This document shows, piece by piece, positions 17,612-27,850 of a stretch of DNA of 64,000 bases (position 1 is the stretch's first letter; every line of letters starts with the position of its first letter). The stretch is taken from contig CAAGEB010000007.1 in NCBI GenBank assembly GCA_900768705.1, positions 3,164 through 67,163 of the forward strand, read 5' to 3'. Position numbers and translations under genes: made by a program. The notes below the pieces were generated by a model. It worked only from the letters and a program-made list of their open reading frames with translations. It made no database searches and had not been told where the DNA came from. This DNA comes from Oscillospiraceae bacterium (GTDB taxonomy: Bacteria > Bacillota > Clostridia > Oscillospirales > Ruminococcaceae).

Positions 17612-20239
17612 ATGGATATAGATTTCAGTCTGGAAAAACTTCACAAAATTGATCTTGAAGAAACAATGAAAAGCTCGTTTATCGAGTATTCAATGGCGGT
17701 TATAACTTCAAGAGCTCTTCCGGATGTCCGTGATGGCTTTAAGCCGGTTCACCGCAGAATTATTTATACGATGAATGATGCGGGAAATACCTCGGATAAG
17801 CCTTTCAGAAAGTGCGCCTATACCGTCGGAGAGGTTCTCGGTAAGTATCATCCTCACGGTGACGCTTCCGTTTATGACGCACTGGTTCGTCTTGCACAGA
17901 CATTTTCAATGCGTTATCCTTTGATCGACGGTCACGGAAACTTTGGTTCCATTGACGGAGATCCGCCTGCGGCTTACCGTTATACGGAAGCCCGTCTTGC
18001 AAAAATTGCCAATGAAATGACTGCCGATATCAATAAAAAGGTGGTTGATTTCCAGACAAACTATGATGACAAGCTTCTTGAGCCGGTTGTACTTCCTTCC
18101 CGTTTTCCCAATCTGCTGGTGAACGGCTCCAACGGAATTGCTGTCGGAATGGCAACCAATATTCCTCCTCACAATCTGGGTGAGGTTATTGACGCTCTGA
18201 TGCTGATGATCGATAATCCCGACATTAATATTGATGAGCTGATGACCTGCATAAAGGGTCCGGATTTCCCCACCGGCGGTATTATTATGGGCTACAGCGG
18301 TATCCGTTCAGCATATTATACCGGAAGAGGAAAGATTATTCTCAGAGGCAGAGCAAACATTGTCGAGGAAAATAATCGCACTAAGATTATTATTGATCAA
18401 ATTCCTTACATGGTCAATAAGGCAAGACTGCTGGCAAATATCGGCGATCTTAGCCGTGATAAGCGTATTGACGGCATTTCCGTTATCCGTGATGAATCCG
18501 ACAGAAACGGAATGCGTATCGTAATTGAATTGAAGCGTGACGCTAACGCAAATGTGGTATTGAACAAGCTGTATTCCTATACCCAGCTCCAAGATACCGT
18601 AGGCGTTATTATGATTGCTCTGGTGGACGGTGAGCCGAAAACCCTTAATCTCAAGGATATGCTTACCCACTATCTTAATCATCAGATTGATGTTGTTTCC
18701 AGAAGAACAAAGTTTGATCTTGATAAGGCGAAAGAGCGTGAACATATTCTTGAAGGTTTCCTGATTGCAATTGATTTTATCGATGAAGTAATTGCAATTC
18801 TCAGAAGCAGCAAGACAATTCCCGAAGGTAAAGCAAATCTTATTGAGCGTTTTAAGAATATTGATGTTTCAAAAACAGGATTTTTTGACAGCAATGTTTA
18901 TTCCCTCAGCGAAGAACAGGCGGACGCTATTGTACAAATGCGTCTCGGTGCTTTGACGGGTATGGAACGCAGTAAAATTGAAGATGAGCTTCTCGAAAAG
19001 AGAGAAACCATAAAAAATCTTGAGGAACTTCTTTCAGATGGAGGCAAAATGCGTCACCTTATCGGCGAGGAGCTGCTGGAGATCAAGAGAAAGTACGGAG
19101 ATGAACGCCGTACCGCTATTGAGCCGGTAAGCGGTGAGGTTGATATTGAAGACCTTATTCCCGAGGAAAACTGCGTTGTGACATTTACCGAAATGGGTTA
19201 CATCAAACGGCAGTCTGCTGAAGTTTATAATATCCAAAAGCGTGGCGGCAGAGGTGTTTCGGGAATGAAACAGCGTGACGAGGATGTTGTAGATAGTATG
19301 TTTATAGCTTCCAGTCATGAAAATATTCTCTTTATTACAAATAAGGGCAATATGTTCCGTCTGAAATGCTATCAGATTCCCGAAGGAAGCAAACAGTCCA
19401 GGGGAATGAATATAGTCAATCTGCTTCAGCTTTCCGAAAATGAAAAAGTTGCCGCAATGATGACGACAATTGATTTTGCGGAAAATAAGTTCTTTATCTG
19501 TATCACCAAAAACGGACTTGTAAAGCGTACAAGACTTTCGGAATTCAAGAATATACGCAAGGGGTGTCTTCGTGCTATTAATCTTGTTGACGGAGATGAA
19601 ATTGCAGCAGGATTTCTTACCGAGGGTGACTGCACCATCATTGCCGCAACAAGAAACGGTTCCGCAATTCGTTTTGATGAAAATGATATCCGTGTTATGG
19701 GTCGAACTGCCAGAGGCGTCCGTGCAATCAGATTCCGTGAGGGATTGGATGATTATGTTGTGGGTGCAACGAAAATCTTTGATGACAGCGCAACTATACT
19801 TACCGTAACCGATAGAGGAATGGGAAGACGCTGTGCTGTTTCCAGCTATCCAATTCAGAAGCGTGGCGGAATGGGTCGCAAGAATTATCCCGTCAGTGAT
19901 GAAAAGGGTTATGTTGTAGGTATTCGCACAATAGGTACGGATGACGATGTAATTTTAATCAGTGCTGATGGAGTTATCATCAGAATTCGGGCAAATGACC
20001 TGCGTGTTATGGGTCGCACCGCAAGCGGTGTGCGTGTAATGCGTCTCGGAACCGATGACAGGGTTGTTACCTTCAGCCGTACACCTCATGATGAAGATGA
20101 AGAGACTCAAGAGGTTGAAACAGTATCCGATGAGGAGATCGCAGCATCTCTTGCAGAGGATGCTGCGGAAGAAGTTGTTCCGGATGAAGAACCAACAGAT
20201 GATCCTGAAGACGATGATTCGGAATCCAAGGAAGATTAA
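17612..20239 (+). CDS. gyrA: DNA gyrase subunit A with acidic C-terminal tail
   Basis: Active-site region [14 protein letters not shown]-type motifs, a six-blade CTD with the GyrA box, and an acidic tail. Confidence 0.97.
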   Translation: MDIDFSLEKLHKIDLEETMKSSFIEYSMAVITSRALPDVRDGFKPVHRRIIYTMNDAGNTSDKPFRKCAYTVGEVLGKYHPHGDASVYDALVRLAQTFSMRYPLIDGHGNFGSIDGDPPAAYRYTEARLAKIANEMTADINKKVVDFQTNYDDKLLEPVVLPSRFPNLLVNGSNGIAVGMATNIPPHNLGEVIDALMLMIDNPDINIDELMTCIKGPDFPTGGIIMGYSGIRSAYYTGRGKIILRGRANIVEENNRTKIIIDQIPYMVNKARLLANIGDLSRDKRIDGISVIRDESDRNGMRIVIELKRDANANVVLNKLYSYTQLQDTVGVIMIALVDGEPKTLNLKDMLTHYLNHQIDVVSRRTKFDLDKAKEREHILEGFLIAIDFIDEVIAILRSSKTIPEGKANLIERFKNIDVSKTGFFDSNVYSLSEEQADAIVQMRLGALTGMERSKIEDELLEKRETIKNLEELLSDGGKMRHLIGEELLEIKRKYGDERRTAIEPVSGEVDIEDLIPEENCVVTFTEMGYIKRQSAEVYNIQKRGGRGVSGMKQRDEDVVDSMFIASSHENILFITNKGNMFRLKCYQIPEGSKQSRGMNIVNLLQLSENEKVAAMMTTIDFAENKFFICITKNGLVKRTRLSEFKNIRKGCLRAINLVDGDEIAAGFLTEGDCTIIAATRNGSAIRFDENDIRVMGRTARGVRAIRFREGLDDYVVGATKIFDDSATILTVTDRGMGRRCAVSSYPIQKRGGMGRKNYPVSDEKGYVVGIRTIGTDDDVILISADGVIIRIRANDLRVMGRTASGVRVMRLGTDDRVVTFSRTPHDEDEETQEVETVSDEEIAASLAEDAAEEVVPDEEPTDDPEDDDSESKED

Positions 20240-20254
20240 TATTTCCGATATGTT

Positions 20255-20288
20255 ATATTTCCCGGGCTTATGTTCGGGAAATATTTTT
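20255..20288 (+). terminator. intrinsic terminator after gyrA
   Basis: ATATTTCCCG / CGGGAAATAT 10-bp stem, 10-nt loop, then TTTTT. Confidence 0.75.
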
Positions 20289-20295
20289 GAAAATA

Positions 20296-20364
20296 TTTCA
20301 GGCTGTTGATAAACTCTCATTTTCTTTGTCCATCACGCATAACGGCAGCCTGAAAAAGTTTTTT
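20296..20364 (+). terminator. second long-range stem plus T-run
   Basis: TTTCAGGCTG (20296-20305) pairs with CAGCCTGAAA (20346-20355), followed by AAGTTTTTT. The 40-nt loop is unusual. Confidence 0.35.
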
Positions 20365-20453
20365 CAATAAGCTGAATATTTATTTTGTTTAAACCGGATA
20401 TGATTTCTTTATATTATATTTTCTACAAGACCGGTTTTTAGAAATTAACTATT

Positions 20454-20469
20454 AGTTCCACGTGGAACA
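20454..20469. promoter_or_regulatory. parS centromere-like site
   Basis: AGTTCCACGTGGAACA versus Firmicutes parS TGTTCCACGTGAAACA (2 mismatches). Confidence 0.8.
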
Positions 20470-20489
20470 ATGTCGAAAAGAGGATATAA

Positions 20490-22367
20490 ATGTATAAGCT
20501 GGAAGAATACGATGTGGCAGTTATTGGAGCCGGACACGCAGGATGCGAGGCTGCCCTTGCTGCCGCAAGACTTGGACTGAAAACTGCTGTATTTACCTTG
20601 TCTTTGGATTGCATTGCCAATATGCCTTGCAATCCCTGTATAGGAGGTTCGGCTAAGGGTCAGATAGTATGTGAGATTGATTCACTGGGCGGAGAAATGG
20701 GGAGAGCTGCGGACGCAACTTTTATTCAGTCCAGAATTCTGAATAGGGGAAAAGGACCTGCTGTTCATAGCCTGAGAGTACAGAGCGATAGGGTTAAATA
20801 TCATACCTATATGAAACAAACTCTGGAGAACACTACCAATCTGTTTATAAAACAAGGCGAGGTTGTGGGAGTAGATGTGGATAACGGAAAAGTTACTGCT
20901 GTTCGCACAAAGCTTGGAGCTATATATCCCTGTAAAGCTGCTATTATCACAACGGGAACTTATCTGAACGGAAAAATTCATATCGGAGAACTGAACTATT
21001 CCGCAGGTCCGGATAATGTTTTACCGTCAACGGAGCTTACACAGTGTCTGAAAAATCTGGGACTTTCTATGCGAAGATTTAAAACAGGAACGCCTGCCCG
21101 TGTTCATAAGCGTTCAATAGATTTCTCCGTTATGGAAAAACAGACCGGTGATGAAGAAATAATTCCATTCGCCTTTGATAATGATAAAAAGCTGGAAAAT
21201 AAAGCAGAGTGCTATGTGACTTACACGAATGCGGAAACTCATAGAGTTATTCTTGAAAATCTTGACAGATCACCTTTGTATTCCGGCAGAATAGAAGGCA
21301 TAGGACCTCGATATTGTCCCAGTATTGAAGATAAGATTGTAAGATTTAAGGATAAGGAACGACATCAGCTTTTTGTTGAGCCAATGGGAATGGATACTGA
21401 TGAATATTATTTGCAGGGAATGAGTTCAAGTCTTCCCGAAGATGTGCAGATAAAATTCCTGAGAACTATTAAAGGGCTTGAAAATGTAGAAATAATGCGT
21501 CCTGCCTATGCGATTGAATATGATTGCTGCGATCCTCTGGAATTATATCCTACTCTGGAATTTAAGAAAATAAGCGGATTATATGGAGCGGGACAGTTTA
21601 ATTGCACCAGCGGATATGAGGAAGCCGCTGCGCAGGGTATTGTTGCAGGAATTAATGCTGTGTTGAAAATACAAGGAAAGGAACCTCTTATTCTGGATAG
21701 GGCGGGAAGTTATATCGGAACGCTTATTGATGACTTGGTGACAAAGGGCTGTTCCGAACCTTACAGAATGATGACTTCCCGAAGCGAATTCCGCTTGGTT
21801 TTAAGACAGGATAATGCGCCGGAAAGACTGCTCCCAATCGGCTACAGAATAGGTTTGATTTCTGAAGAACGCTATCAGAGATATTTGGATAATCGGAAAC
21901 TTCTCGAGAATGAACTTGAGAGAATTAAAAGTGTAACCATTCATCCTTCGGAAGAGGTTAATAAGATTTTATCCGAGAGAGAAACCTCCCCTATTACAAC
22001 AGGTACAAAGCTGTATGAGCTTCTGAAGCGTCCGCAGCTTACTTATAATGATTTTGCTGATTTTGATACATCCCGTCCTGCGCTTAGTCCGTCTATAATT
22101 AACAAACTGGAAATAGAGCTGAAATATTCAGGTTATATAAAAATTCAGATTGAACAGATAGAAAAGATGAGAAAGCTGGAAAGCAAGCTTTTACCGCAGA
22201 ATGTTGATTATAAAACAATCAAGGGTCTTCGTCTTGAAGCACAGGAAAAGCTGAACAAATTCAAGCCTTTGAATGTGGGTCAGGCAGGGAGAATATCCGG
22301 AGTAAATCCAGCAGATGTTTCGGTATTGCTTATATGGCTTGCCGGGAAAGGAGAAAATAATGGATAA
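20490..22367 (+). CDS. mnmG: tRNA uridine-5-carboxymethylaminomethyl modification enzyme MnmG (GidA)
   Basis: FAD motif [23 protein letters not shown], 625-aa length. Confidence 0.96.
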   Translation: MYKLEEYDVAVIGAGHAGCEAALAAARLGLKTAVFTLSLDCIANMPCNPCIGGSAKGQIVCEIDSLGGEMGRAADATFIQSRILNRGKGPAVHSLRVQSDRVKYHTYMKQTLENTTNLFIKQGEVVGVDVDNGKVTAVRTKLGAIYPCKAAIITTGTYLNGKIHIGELNYSAGPDNVLPSTELTQCLKNLGLSMRRFKTGTPARVHKRSIDFSVMEKQTGDEEIIPFAFDNDKKLENKAECYVTYTNAETHRVILENLDRSPLYSGRIEGIGPRYCPSIEDKIVRFKDKERHQLFVEPMGMDTDEYYLQGMSSSLPEDVQIKFLRTIKGLENVEIMRPAYAIEYDCCDPLELYPTLEFKKISGLYGAGQFNCTSGYEEAAAQGIVAGINAVLKIQGKEPLILDRAGSYIGTLIDDLVTKGCSEPYRMMTSRSEFRLVLRQDNAPERLLPIGYRIGLISEERYQRYLDNRKLLENELERIKSVTIHPSEEVNKILSERETSPITTGTKLYELLKRPQLTYNDFADFDTSRPALSPSIINKLEIELKYSGYIKIQIEQIEKMRKLESKLLPQNVDYKTIKGLRLEAQEKLNKFKPLNVGQAGRISGVNPADVSVLLIWLAGKGENNG

Positions 22368-23067
22368 AACAGAACAGATTGATTATGTTTTAACTGAGTT
22401 TAACTCTGCCGGAATTATAATAAATCGTGAACAGGCAGAAAAATATGTGATATTATGCAATTATATGCTGAATTACAATAATAAAGTTAATCTTACAGCT
22501 ATCACGGATTTTCGGGAAGTTGTAATGAAACATTTTATTGACAGTGTTCTGCCATTTTCCAAGATGGAGATTAAGAATAATTCAAGTATCATTGATGTGG
22601 GAACCGGTGCAGGTTTTCCGTCTCTGCCGCTTTTGATATATCGTCCGGATCTTAAAGCAACACTGTGCGATAGCCTTGCGAAAAGATGCACCTATCTAGA
22701 ACTTGTTTGCAAAGAAATAGGAGTATCCGCAGAGATCGTTCATTCCCGTGCAGAGGAGCTGGGTCAGAAACGCCGTGAATGCTATGACTACTCGACAGCA
22801 CGGGCTGTGGCTGCTCTTCCGGTACTTACGGAATTTTGTTTACCATTTGTCAAAGTGGGCGGTCATTTTGTTGCTCTTAAATCAGTAAATGAATCGGCAG
22901 ACTCTTCACAGCACGCTGTTTCTGTTCTTGGCGGAAGTATTGAAGAAATTACTGATTATGATTTGCCGAACGGGGATAAACGGCGGCTGATTATGATAAA
23001 AAAAGTAATGCAAACTCCGACAAAATATCCCCGAAGCTATTCAAATATTACAAAAAAGCCGTTATGA
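22360..23067 (+). CDS. rsmG: 16S rRNA m7G527 methyltransferase RsmG (GidB)
   Basis: SAM motif [18 protein letters not shown] 22360 overlaps the mnmG stop by 8 nt. Confidence 0.93.
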   Translation: MDKTEQIDYVLTEFNSAGIIINREQAEKYVILCNYMLNYNNKVNLTAITDFREVVMKHFIDSVLPFSKMEIKNNSSIIDVGTGAGFPSLPLLIYRPDLKATLCDSLAKRCTYLELVCKEIGVSAEIVHSRAEELGQKRRECYDYSTARAVAALPVLTEFCLPFVKVGGHFVALKSVNESADSSQHAVSVLGGSIEEITDYDLPNGDKRRLIMIKKVMQTPTKYPRSYSNITKKPL

Positions 23068-23079
23068 TACGGCTTTTTC
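23053..23079 (+). terminator. intrinsic terminator overlapping the rsmG stop codon
   Basis: AAAAAGCCGT / ACGGCTTTTT stem, 6-nt loop, T-run. Confidence 0.7.
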
Positions 23080-23176
23080 TATTGAATAAAATCACTTATT
23101 GTCAGCAAATGCGATTATTTTCTCTGGAAATATTTTATTTCCTTTGTTATAATTAAGATAACAAAGGAGGATTGTT

Positions 23177-23998
23177 ATGAAAGGTTTATTTAAACAAAAA
23201 GAAAAAATTGCAGGTCAGGTTATGATGATTGACATTAATTTACTTACCGCAAACAGATCTCAGCCACGGACTGTTTTCGACGAGGCGGAACTTATTTCTC
23301 TGGCAGAAAGTATTAAGGAGAACGGAATTCTTCAGCCTGTTTGCGTCCGAAGAAACGGAGCACTCTATGAGATAATCAGCGGTGAAAGAAGAACAAGAGC
23401 AGCATCACTTGCGGGACTTACTGAAATACCCTGTATTGTATTAGATGTGTGTGATCAGCAATCGGCAATTCTTGCTCTTATAGAAAATATCCAGCGAAAA
23501 AATCTGAGTTATTTTGAAGAATCACTTGCTATCGAAAAACTTATTTCTTATTATGGACTTACCCAGGAAGAAGCTGCAAAAAGACTTGGCAAAGCACAAT
23601 CCACCATAGCCAATAAATTAAGGCTTTTACGATTTACAGACGCTGAGAGGGAGCTTTTGATTTCCGGTAATCTTTCTGAACGGCAAGCCAGATCTCTTAT
23701 CAGAATTGAGGACAACGAAAAACGAAAGCGAACAGTTGATGAAGTAATCCGGCGGAAGTTAAATCTTGAACAAACGGAAGAACTTGTCCGGGATATTTTA
23801 AACTCGTGTTCTAAAAAATCACAAACCATAGAAAACAAAACTTGCAGACCAAAGATTTTTATTCCGGCAAGGGCGTATATGAATTCATTAAATGCGTTGA
23901 TTAAGCGTATTAAAGATGATAATATTCCTGTTGAGACATCGGCGACAAAATCCGATAATTATTTCGAATATACCTTGAAGTTTCCTATTAATATCTGA
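23177..23998 (+). CDS. noc: ParB-family nucleoid occlusion protein (Noc-like)
   Basis: ParB box GERRTRAA, HTH, and position directly after rsmG as in Bacillus. Confidence 0.7.
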   Translation: MKGLFKQKEKIAGQVMMIDINLLTANRSQPRTVFDEAELISLAESIKENGILQPVCVRRNGALYEIISGERRTRAASLAGLTEIPCIVLDVCDQQSAILALIENIQRKNLSYFEESLAIEKLISYYGLTQEEAAKRLGKAQSTIANKLRLLRFTDAERELLISGNLSERQARSLIRIEDNEKRKRTVDEVIRRKLNLEQTEELVRDILNSCSKKSQTIENKTCRPKIFIPARAYMNSLNALIKRIKDDNIPVETSATKSDNYFEYTLKFPINI

Positions 23999-24003
23999 AT
24001 AAT

Positions 24004-24019
24004 TGTTCCACGAGGAACA
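24004..24019. promoter_or_regulatory. parS-like site
   Basis: TGTTCCACGAGGAACA. Confidence 0.65.
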
Positions 24020-24041
24020 TTTTCGTCATTATGTCGAATTT

Positions 24042-24057
24042 TGTTCCACGTGGAACT
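24042..24057. promoter_or_regulatory. parS site
   Basis: TGTTCCACGTGGAACT. Confidence 0.75.
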
Positions 24058-24133
24058 TTTTTGTAAAAAGCCCTTTATTTTTTTAAGGAAGTGTGTTATA
24101 ATGTAAGTATAATTTTTGAAGGGGGAATAGTTT

Positions 24134-24919
24134 TTGGGAACTGTTATCGGAATAGTAAACCAGAAAGGCGGAGTCGGAAAAACTACGACTTCAATAAATG
24201 TAGCCGCTTGTCTGGGTAAGCTGGGAAAAAAAGTTCTGCTTATTGATTTTGACCCGCAGGGAAATTCAACAACCGGATTTGGTATTAAGAAGAAAACACT
24301 GGAATATACAACCTATGATGTTATTGTGGGAGATGTTAGACCTGAAGACGCAATTCTTGAGACAAGATATAAGAATGTCTCTATAATGCCTGCAACAAAT
24401 AAGTTATGCGACGCAGAACCTGCGCTTACAAAAATGCAGAAGAAAAACTTTCAGCTGAGAAAGGTTATTCTTCAGATAAAGGATAATTACGATATCATCC
24501 TGATTGACAGCCTGCCCTCAATGGGTATTCTTGCACTTAATACGCTGGTTGCGGTAGATAGAATAATTGTTCCTATGGTGTGTGAGCATTTTGCACTTGA
24601 AGGTCTGGCACAGCTTGTAAGAACAGTAAGCATAGTAAAGTCAAAGCTTAATCCCAATATTGAGATAATGGGAATTCTGCTGACAATGATGGATAAGCGT
24701 CTGCTTTCTACAAATGAGATTAAAATTGAGATTAAGAAATCCTTCCCGAGCTTGATGTTCAAAACTGAAATTCCCAGAAATGTCCGAATCTCGGAAGCTC
24801 AGAGCCACGGTGAACCTATAATTTATTACGATAAAAGTTCAAAGGGTGCCGATACATATATGCGGTTATCAAAGGAAGTATTAATGAAATGCCGTGAAAT
24901 GGAGAAGAATAATGGCTAA
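24134..24919 (+). CDS. soj: ParA/Soj chromosome partitioning ATPase
   Basis: Deviant Walker A NQKGGVGKTTT. TTG start after GAAGGGGG. Confidence 0.93.
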   Translation: MGTVIGIVNQKGGVGKTTTSINVAACLGKLGKKVLLIDFDPQGNSTTGFGIKKKTLEYTTYDVIVGDVRPEDAILETRYKNVSIMPATNKLCDAEPALTKMQKKNFQLRKVILQIKDNYDIILIDSLPSMGILALNTLVAVDRIIVPMVCEHFALEGLAQLVRTVSIVKSKLNPNIEIMGILLTMMDKRLLSTNEIKIEIKKSFPSLMFKTEIPRNVRISEAQSHGEPIIYYDKSSKGADTYMRLSKEVLMKCREMEKNNG

Positions 24920-25766
24920 AAAAACCGAAAGCAGCTTTAAGGATCTGTTTTATGACAATGATGTTACGGAAGAGCAGGGAAGTCAGACTCTTCGTATCAG
25001 CGAGATTGAACCTAATAAAAATCAGCCAAGAAAGAATTTTGATACCGAGGCATTAAAACAGCTTGCGGATTCCATAACAGAGCATGGTATAATTCAGCCG
25101 CTTATTGTCAAATCAATGCCAAGCGGAAATTATCAGATTGTTGCAGGAGAACGCCGATGGAGAGCTGCAAAAATGGCAGGCTTGTCGGAGGTTCCGGTGG
25201 TTATCAGGGACGATTTGAATGAAGAACAAACTGCACAGATAGCGATGATTGAAAATCTTCAGCGGGAAAATCTTAATCCCATTGAAGAGGCTTTAGGATA
25301 TAAAGAGCTTATCGATAAGTACAATATGACTCAGGACAGGCTTGCAAAGGCTCTTGGAAAGGCCCGATCCTCCATTGCAAACAGTCTTGGACTTTTAACA
25401 TTGCCAAACGGCGTGCAGGAATTGCTTCGGAACGGAAGCTTGTCGGTGGGACATTGCAAAGCACTTAAAAAGGTTAAGGATCCTGCCCTTATGACCGAGC
25501 TTGCACAGAGGGCAGCCGGCGGGGAATTATCTGTCCGGCAGGTGGAATCTATTGCAAAGCGTGAAACTTCCGATACGGAAGCAGAATCGAAGGAAAAAAA
25601 CATCAAGCCTCGGCTTACTTATTATACCGAGATTGAAGTCAGCCTGATGGAATCGCTGGGAACTAAGGTGAGAATTTTTGAGGGAAAAAACGGCAATTTT
25701 CTTCAAATTAGTTTCAGTGATGAAGAACAGCTTAAAGGCATAATGAAACATTTTGTTGATGATTAA
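24912..25766 (+). CDS. spo0J: ParB/Spo0J chromosome partitioning protein
   Basis: ParB box GERRWRAA and HTH. ATG 24912 overlaps the soj stop by 8 nt. Confidence 0.92.
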   Translation: MAKKTESSFKDLFYDNDVTEEQGSQTLRISEIEPNKNQPRKNFDTEALKQLADSITEHGIIQPLIVKSMPSGNYQIVAGERRWRAAKMAGLSEVPVVIRDDLNEEQTAQIAMIENLQRENLNPIEEALGYKELIDKYNMTQDRLAKALGKARSSIANSLGLLTLPNGVQELLRNGSLSVGHCKALKKVKDPALMTELAQRAAGGELSVRQVESIAKRETSDTEAESKEKNIKPRLTYYTEIEVSLMESLGTKVRIFEGKNGNFLQISFSDEEQLKGIMKHFVDD

Positions 25767-25777
25767 GGAGAAAAACA

Positions 25778-27061
25778 ATGATTGACATTAAATTTTTGAG
25801 AGAAAACCCCGACGCAGTTAAAGAAAACATAAAAAAGAAATTTCAGGACAGCAAGCTGCCGCTGGTTGACGAGGTTATTGAGCTGGATGCAGAGCTTCGC
25901 AAAACTATACAGCGTGTGGAGTCTCTTCGTGCCGACAGAAATCGTATTTCCAAGGAAATAGGCGGTCTGATGGCAAAGGGTCAGAAGGAAGAAGCTGAAA
26001 AGCTGAAAGCTCAGGTCAGTGCTTTTGCCAATGAGGAAAAGGAGCTTACCGAAAAGCAAAATCAGCTCTCGGAAAAAATAACAAAGGATATGATGGTAAT
26101 TCCGAATATCATTGACCCCTCAGTTCCTATCGGAAAGGACGATTCCGAGAATGTGGAAATAACAAGATACGGTGAGCCTAAGGTTCCTGATTTTGAAATT
26201 CCGTATCACAGCGAGATTATGGAAAGCCTGAACGGTTTGGATCTGGACAGCGCAAGAAGAGTTGCGGGAAACGGCTTCTATTATCTTATGGGTGATGTTG
26301 CAAGACTTCATTCCGCTGTACTTGCTTATGCCCGTGACTTTATGATTGACCGCGGCTTTACCTACTGCATACCCCCTTATATGATAAGAAGCAATGTTGT
26401 AACAGGCGTTATGAGCTTTGCCGAAATGGACGCTATGATGTATAAGATTGAGGGTGAGGATCTGTATCTTATCGGTACATCGGAGCATTCAATGATCGGT
26501 AAATTTATTGATCAAATTCTTGAAGAAGATAAGCTTCCCTATACTCTTACCAGCTATTCTCCCTGCTTCCGTAAGGAAAAGGGAGCGCATGGAATAGAGG
26601 AAAGAGGCGTTTATCGTATTCATCAGTTTGAAAAGCAGGAGATGATTGTAGTCTGCAAGCCTGAGGAGTCTGCAATGTGGTTCGATAAGCTGTGGCAGAA
26701 TACGGTTGACCTTTTCAGAAGTATGGACATTCCTGTACGCACGATTGAGTGCTGCTCCGGAGATCTGGCTGATCTTAAAGTAAAGAGCTATGATGTTGAA
26801 GCCTGGAGTCCTCGTCAGAAGAAATATTTTGAGGTTGGAAGCTGCTCCAATCTTGGTGATGCACAGGCAAGACGGCTGAAAATTCGTGTAAACGGCAAGG
26901 ACGGTAACAAGTATTTTGCTCATACGCTTAATAATACCGTTGTTGCTCCGCCCAGAATGCTGATAGCCTTCCTGGAAAATAATCTGAACGCTGACGGTAC
27001 GGTTAATATTCCCGAGGTTCTTCGCCCGTATATGGGAGGGAAGGATAAAATCGGCGGTTAA
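25778..27061 (+). CDS. serS: seryl-tRNA synthetase
   Basis: MIDIKFLRENPD start, N-terminal coiled-coil arm, class II motifs (FRKEKGAHG, GSCSNLGDAQARR). Confidence 0.96.
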   Translation: MIDIKFLRENPDAVKENIKKKFQDSKLPLVDEVIELDAELRKTIQRVESLRADRNRISKEIGGLMAKGQKEEAEKLKAQVSAFANEEKELTEKQNQLSEKITKDMMVIPNIIDPSVPIGKDDSENVEITRYGEPKVPDFEIPYHSEIMESLNGLDLDSARRVAGNGFYYLMGDVARLHSAVLAYARDFMIDRGFTYCIPPYMIRSNVVTGVMSFAEMDAMMYKIEGEDLYLIGTSEHSMIGKFIDQILEEDKLPYTLTSYSPCFRKEKGAHGIEERGVYRIHQFEKQEMIVVCKPEESAMWFDKLWQNTVDLFRSMDIPVRTIECCSGDLADLKVKSYDVEAWSPRQKKYFEVGSCSNLGDAQARRLKIRVNGKDGNKYFAHTLNNTVVAPPRMLIAFLENNLNADGTVNIPEVLRPYMGGKDKIGG

Positions 27062-27084
27062 TTAAAGATTTCAGCGGAGGAAAT

Positions 27085-27786
27085 ATGGCATTTGTTACTT
27101 TGAAGGATGTGTACAAGCGTTATCATGTGGGTGAAGTGACGATAAACGCTGCGGACGGAATGACCTTCGATATTGAAAAGGGCGAATTTACCGTTATTGT
27201 CGGACCCTCCGGCTCCGGAAAAACCACTGTTCTCAATATGCTTGGAGGAATGGATAACTGCGACGAGGGAGTAATTTCGGTTGACGGAGCAAGGGTTGAC
27301 AGCTTTAACCGAAAAGAGCTGACAAAGTATCGCCGTTATGACATTGGTTTTATTTTTCAGTTCTACAATCTTCTTCCAAACCTTACCGCAAAGGAAAATG
27401 TTGAAATAGCGGCGCAGACTAATACCGATTTTATTCCCGCCGAAGAAATTTTGAAGAAAGTGGGTCTTGGGGAAAGAATTAATAATTTCCCCGCCCAGCT
27501 TTCCGGCGGAGAGCAGCAGCGTGTTTCCATTGCAAGAGCGCTTGCGAAAAAGCCTAAGCTTCTTCTCTGCGACGAACCTACCGGTGCGCTGGATTACAAT
27601 ACCGGAAAAATGATTCTGAAGCTTCTTCAGGACACCTGTCGGAAAGACGGAATGACGGTTATTCTGGTAACTCATAATACTGCCATAACTCCCATGGCGG
27701 ACAGGGTTATAAAGATAAAAAACAGTCGTGTTTCCGACATTACAATCAATGAAAATCCCACTCCGGTTGAAGAAATAGAGTGGTAA
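27085..27786 (+). CDS. ABC transporter ATP-binding protein (MacB/LolD type)
   Basis: Walker [10 protein letters not shown], signature [14 protein letters not shown], Walker B LLLCDEPT. Confidence 0.93.
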   Translation: MAFVTLKDVYKRYHVGEVTINAADGMTFDIEKGEFTVIVGPSGSGKTTVLNMLGGMDNCDEGVISVDGARVDSFNRKELTKYRRYDIGFIFQFYNLLPNLTAKENVEIAAQTNTDFIPAEEILKKVGLGERINNFPAQLSGGEQQRVSIARALAKKPKLLLCDEPTGALDYNTGKMILKLLQDTCRKDGMTVILVTHNTAITPMADRVIKIKNSRVSDITINENPTPVEEIEW

Positions 27787-27802
27787 AAAGTAATTATAAA
27801 AC

Positions 27803-27835
27803 AAGAGGTTCTCGAACAACCTCTTTGTTTGTTTA
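27803..27835 (+). terminator. terminator-like hairpin between the ATPase and permease genes
   Basis: AAGAGGTT / AACCTCTT 8-bp stem, 7-nt loop, then TGTTTGTTT. Confidence 0.45.
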
Positions 27836-27850
27836 TATAACTAAATTAGG

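Noticed and set aside
25767-25777. A T-box leader for serS.
   Set aside because: Only 11 nt separate spo0J and serS, so no leader can exist here. This is reported as a finding instead.
9500-25800. By eye, recF, mnmG, rsmG, noc and soj look more AT-rich than the genes left of 9 kb and right of 32 kb. This hints at compositional heterogeneity.
   Set aside because: I cannot compute sliding-window GC or codon statistics here, and expression-level codon bias could explain it. A proper GC/GC3 plot is needed before any claim.
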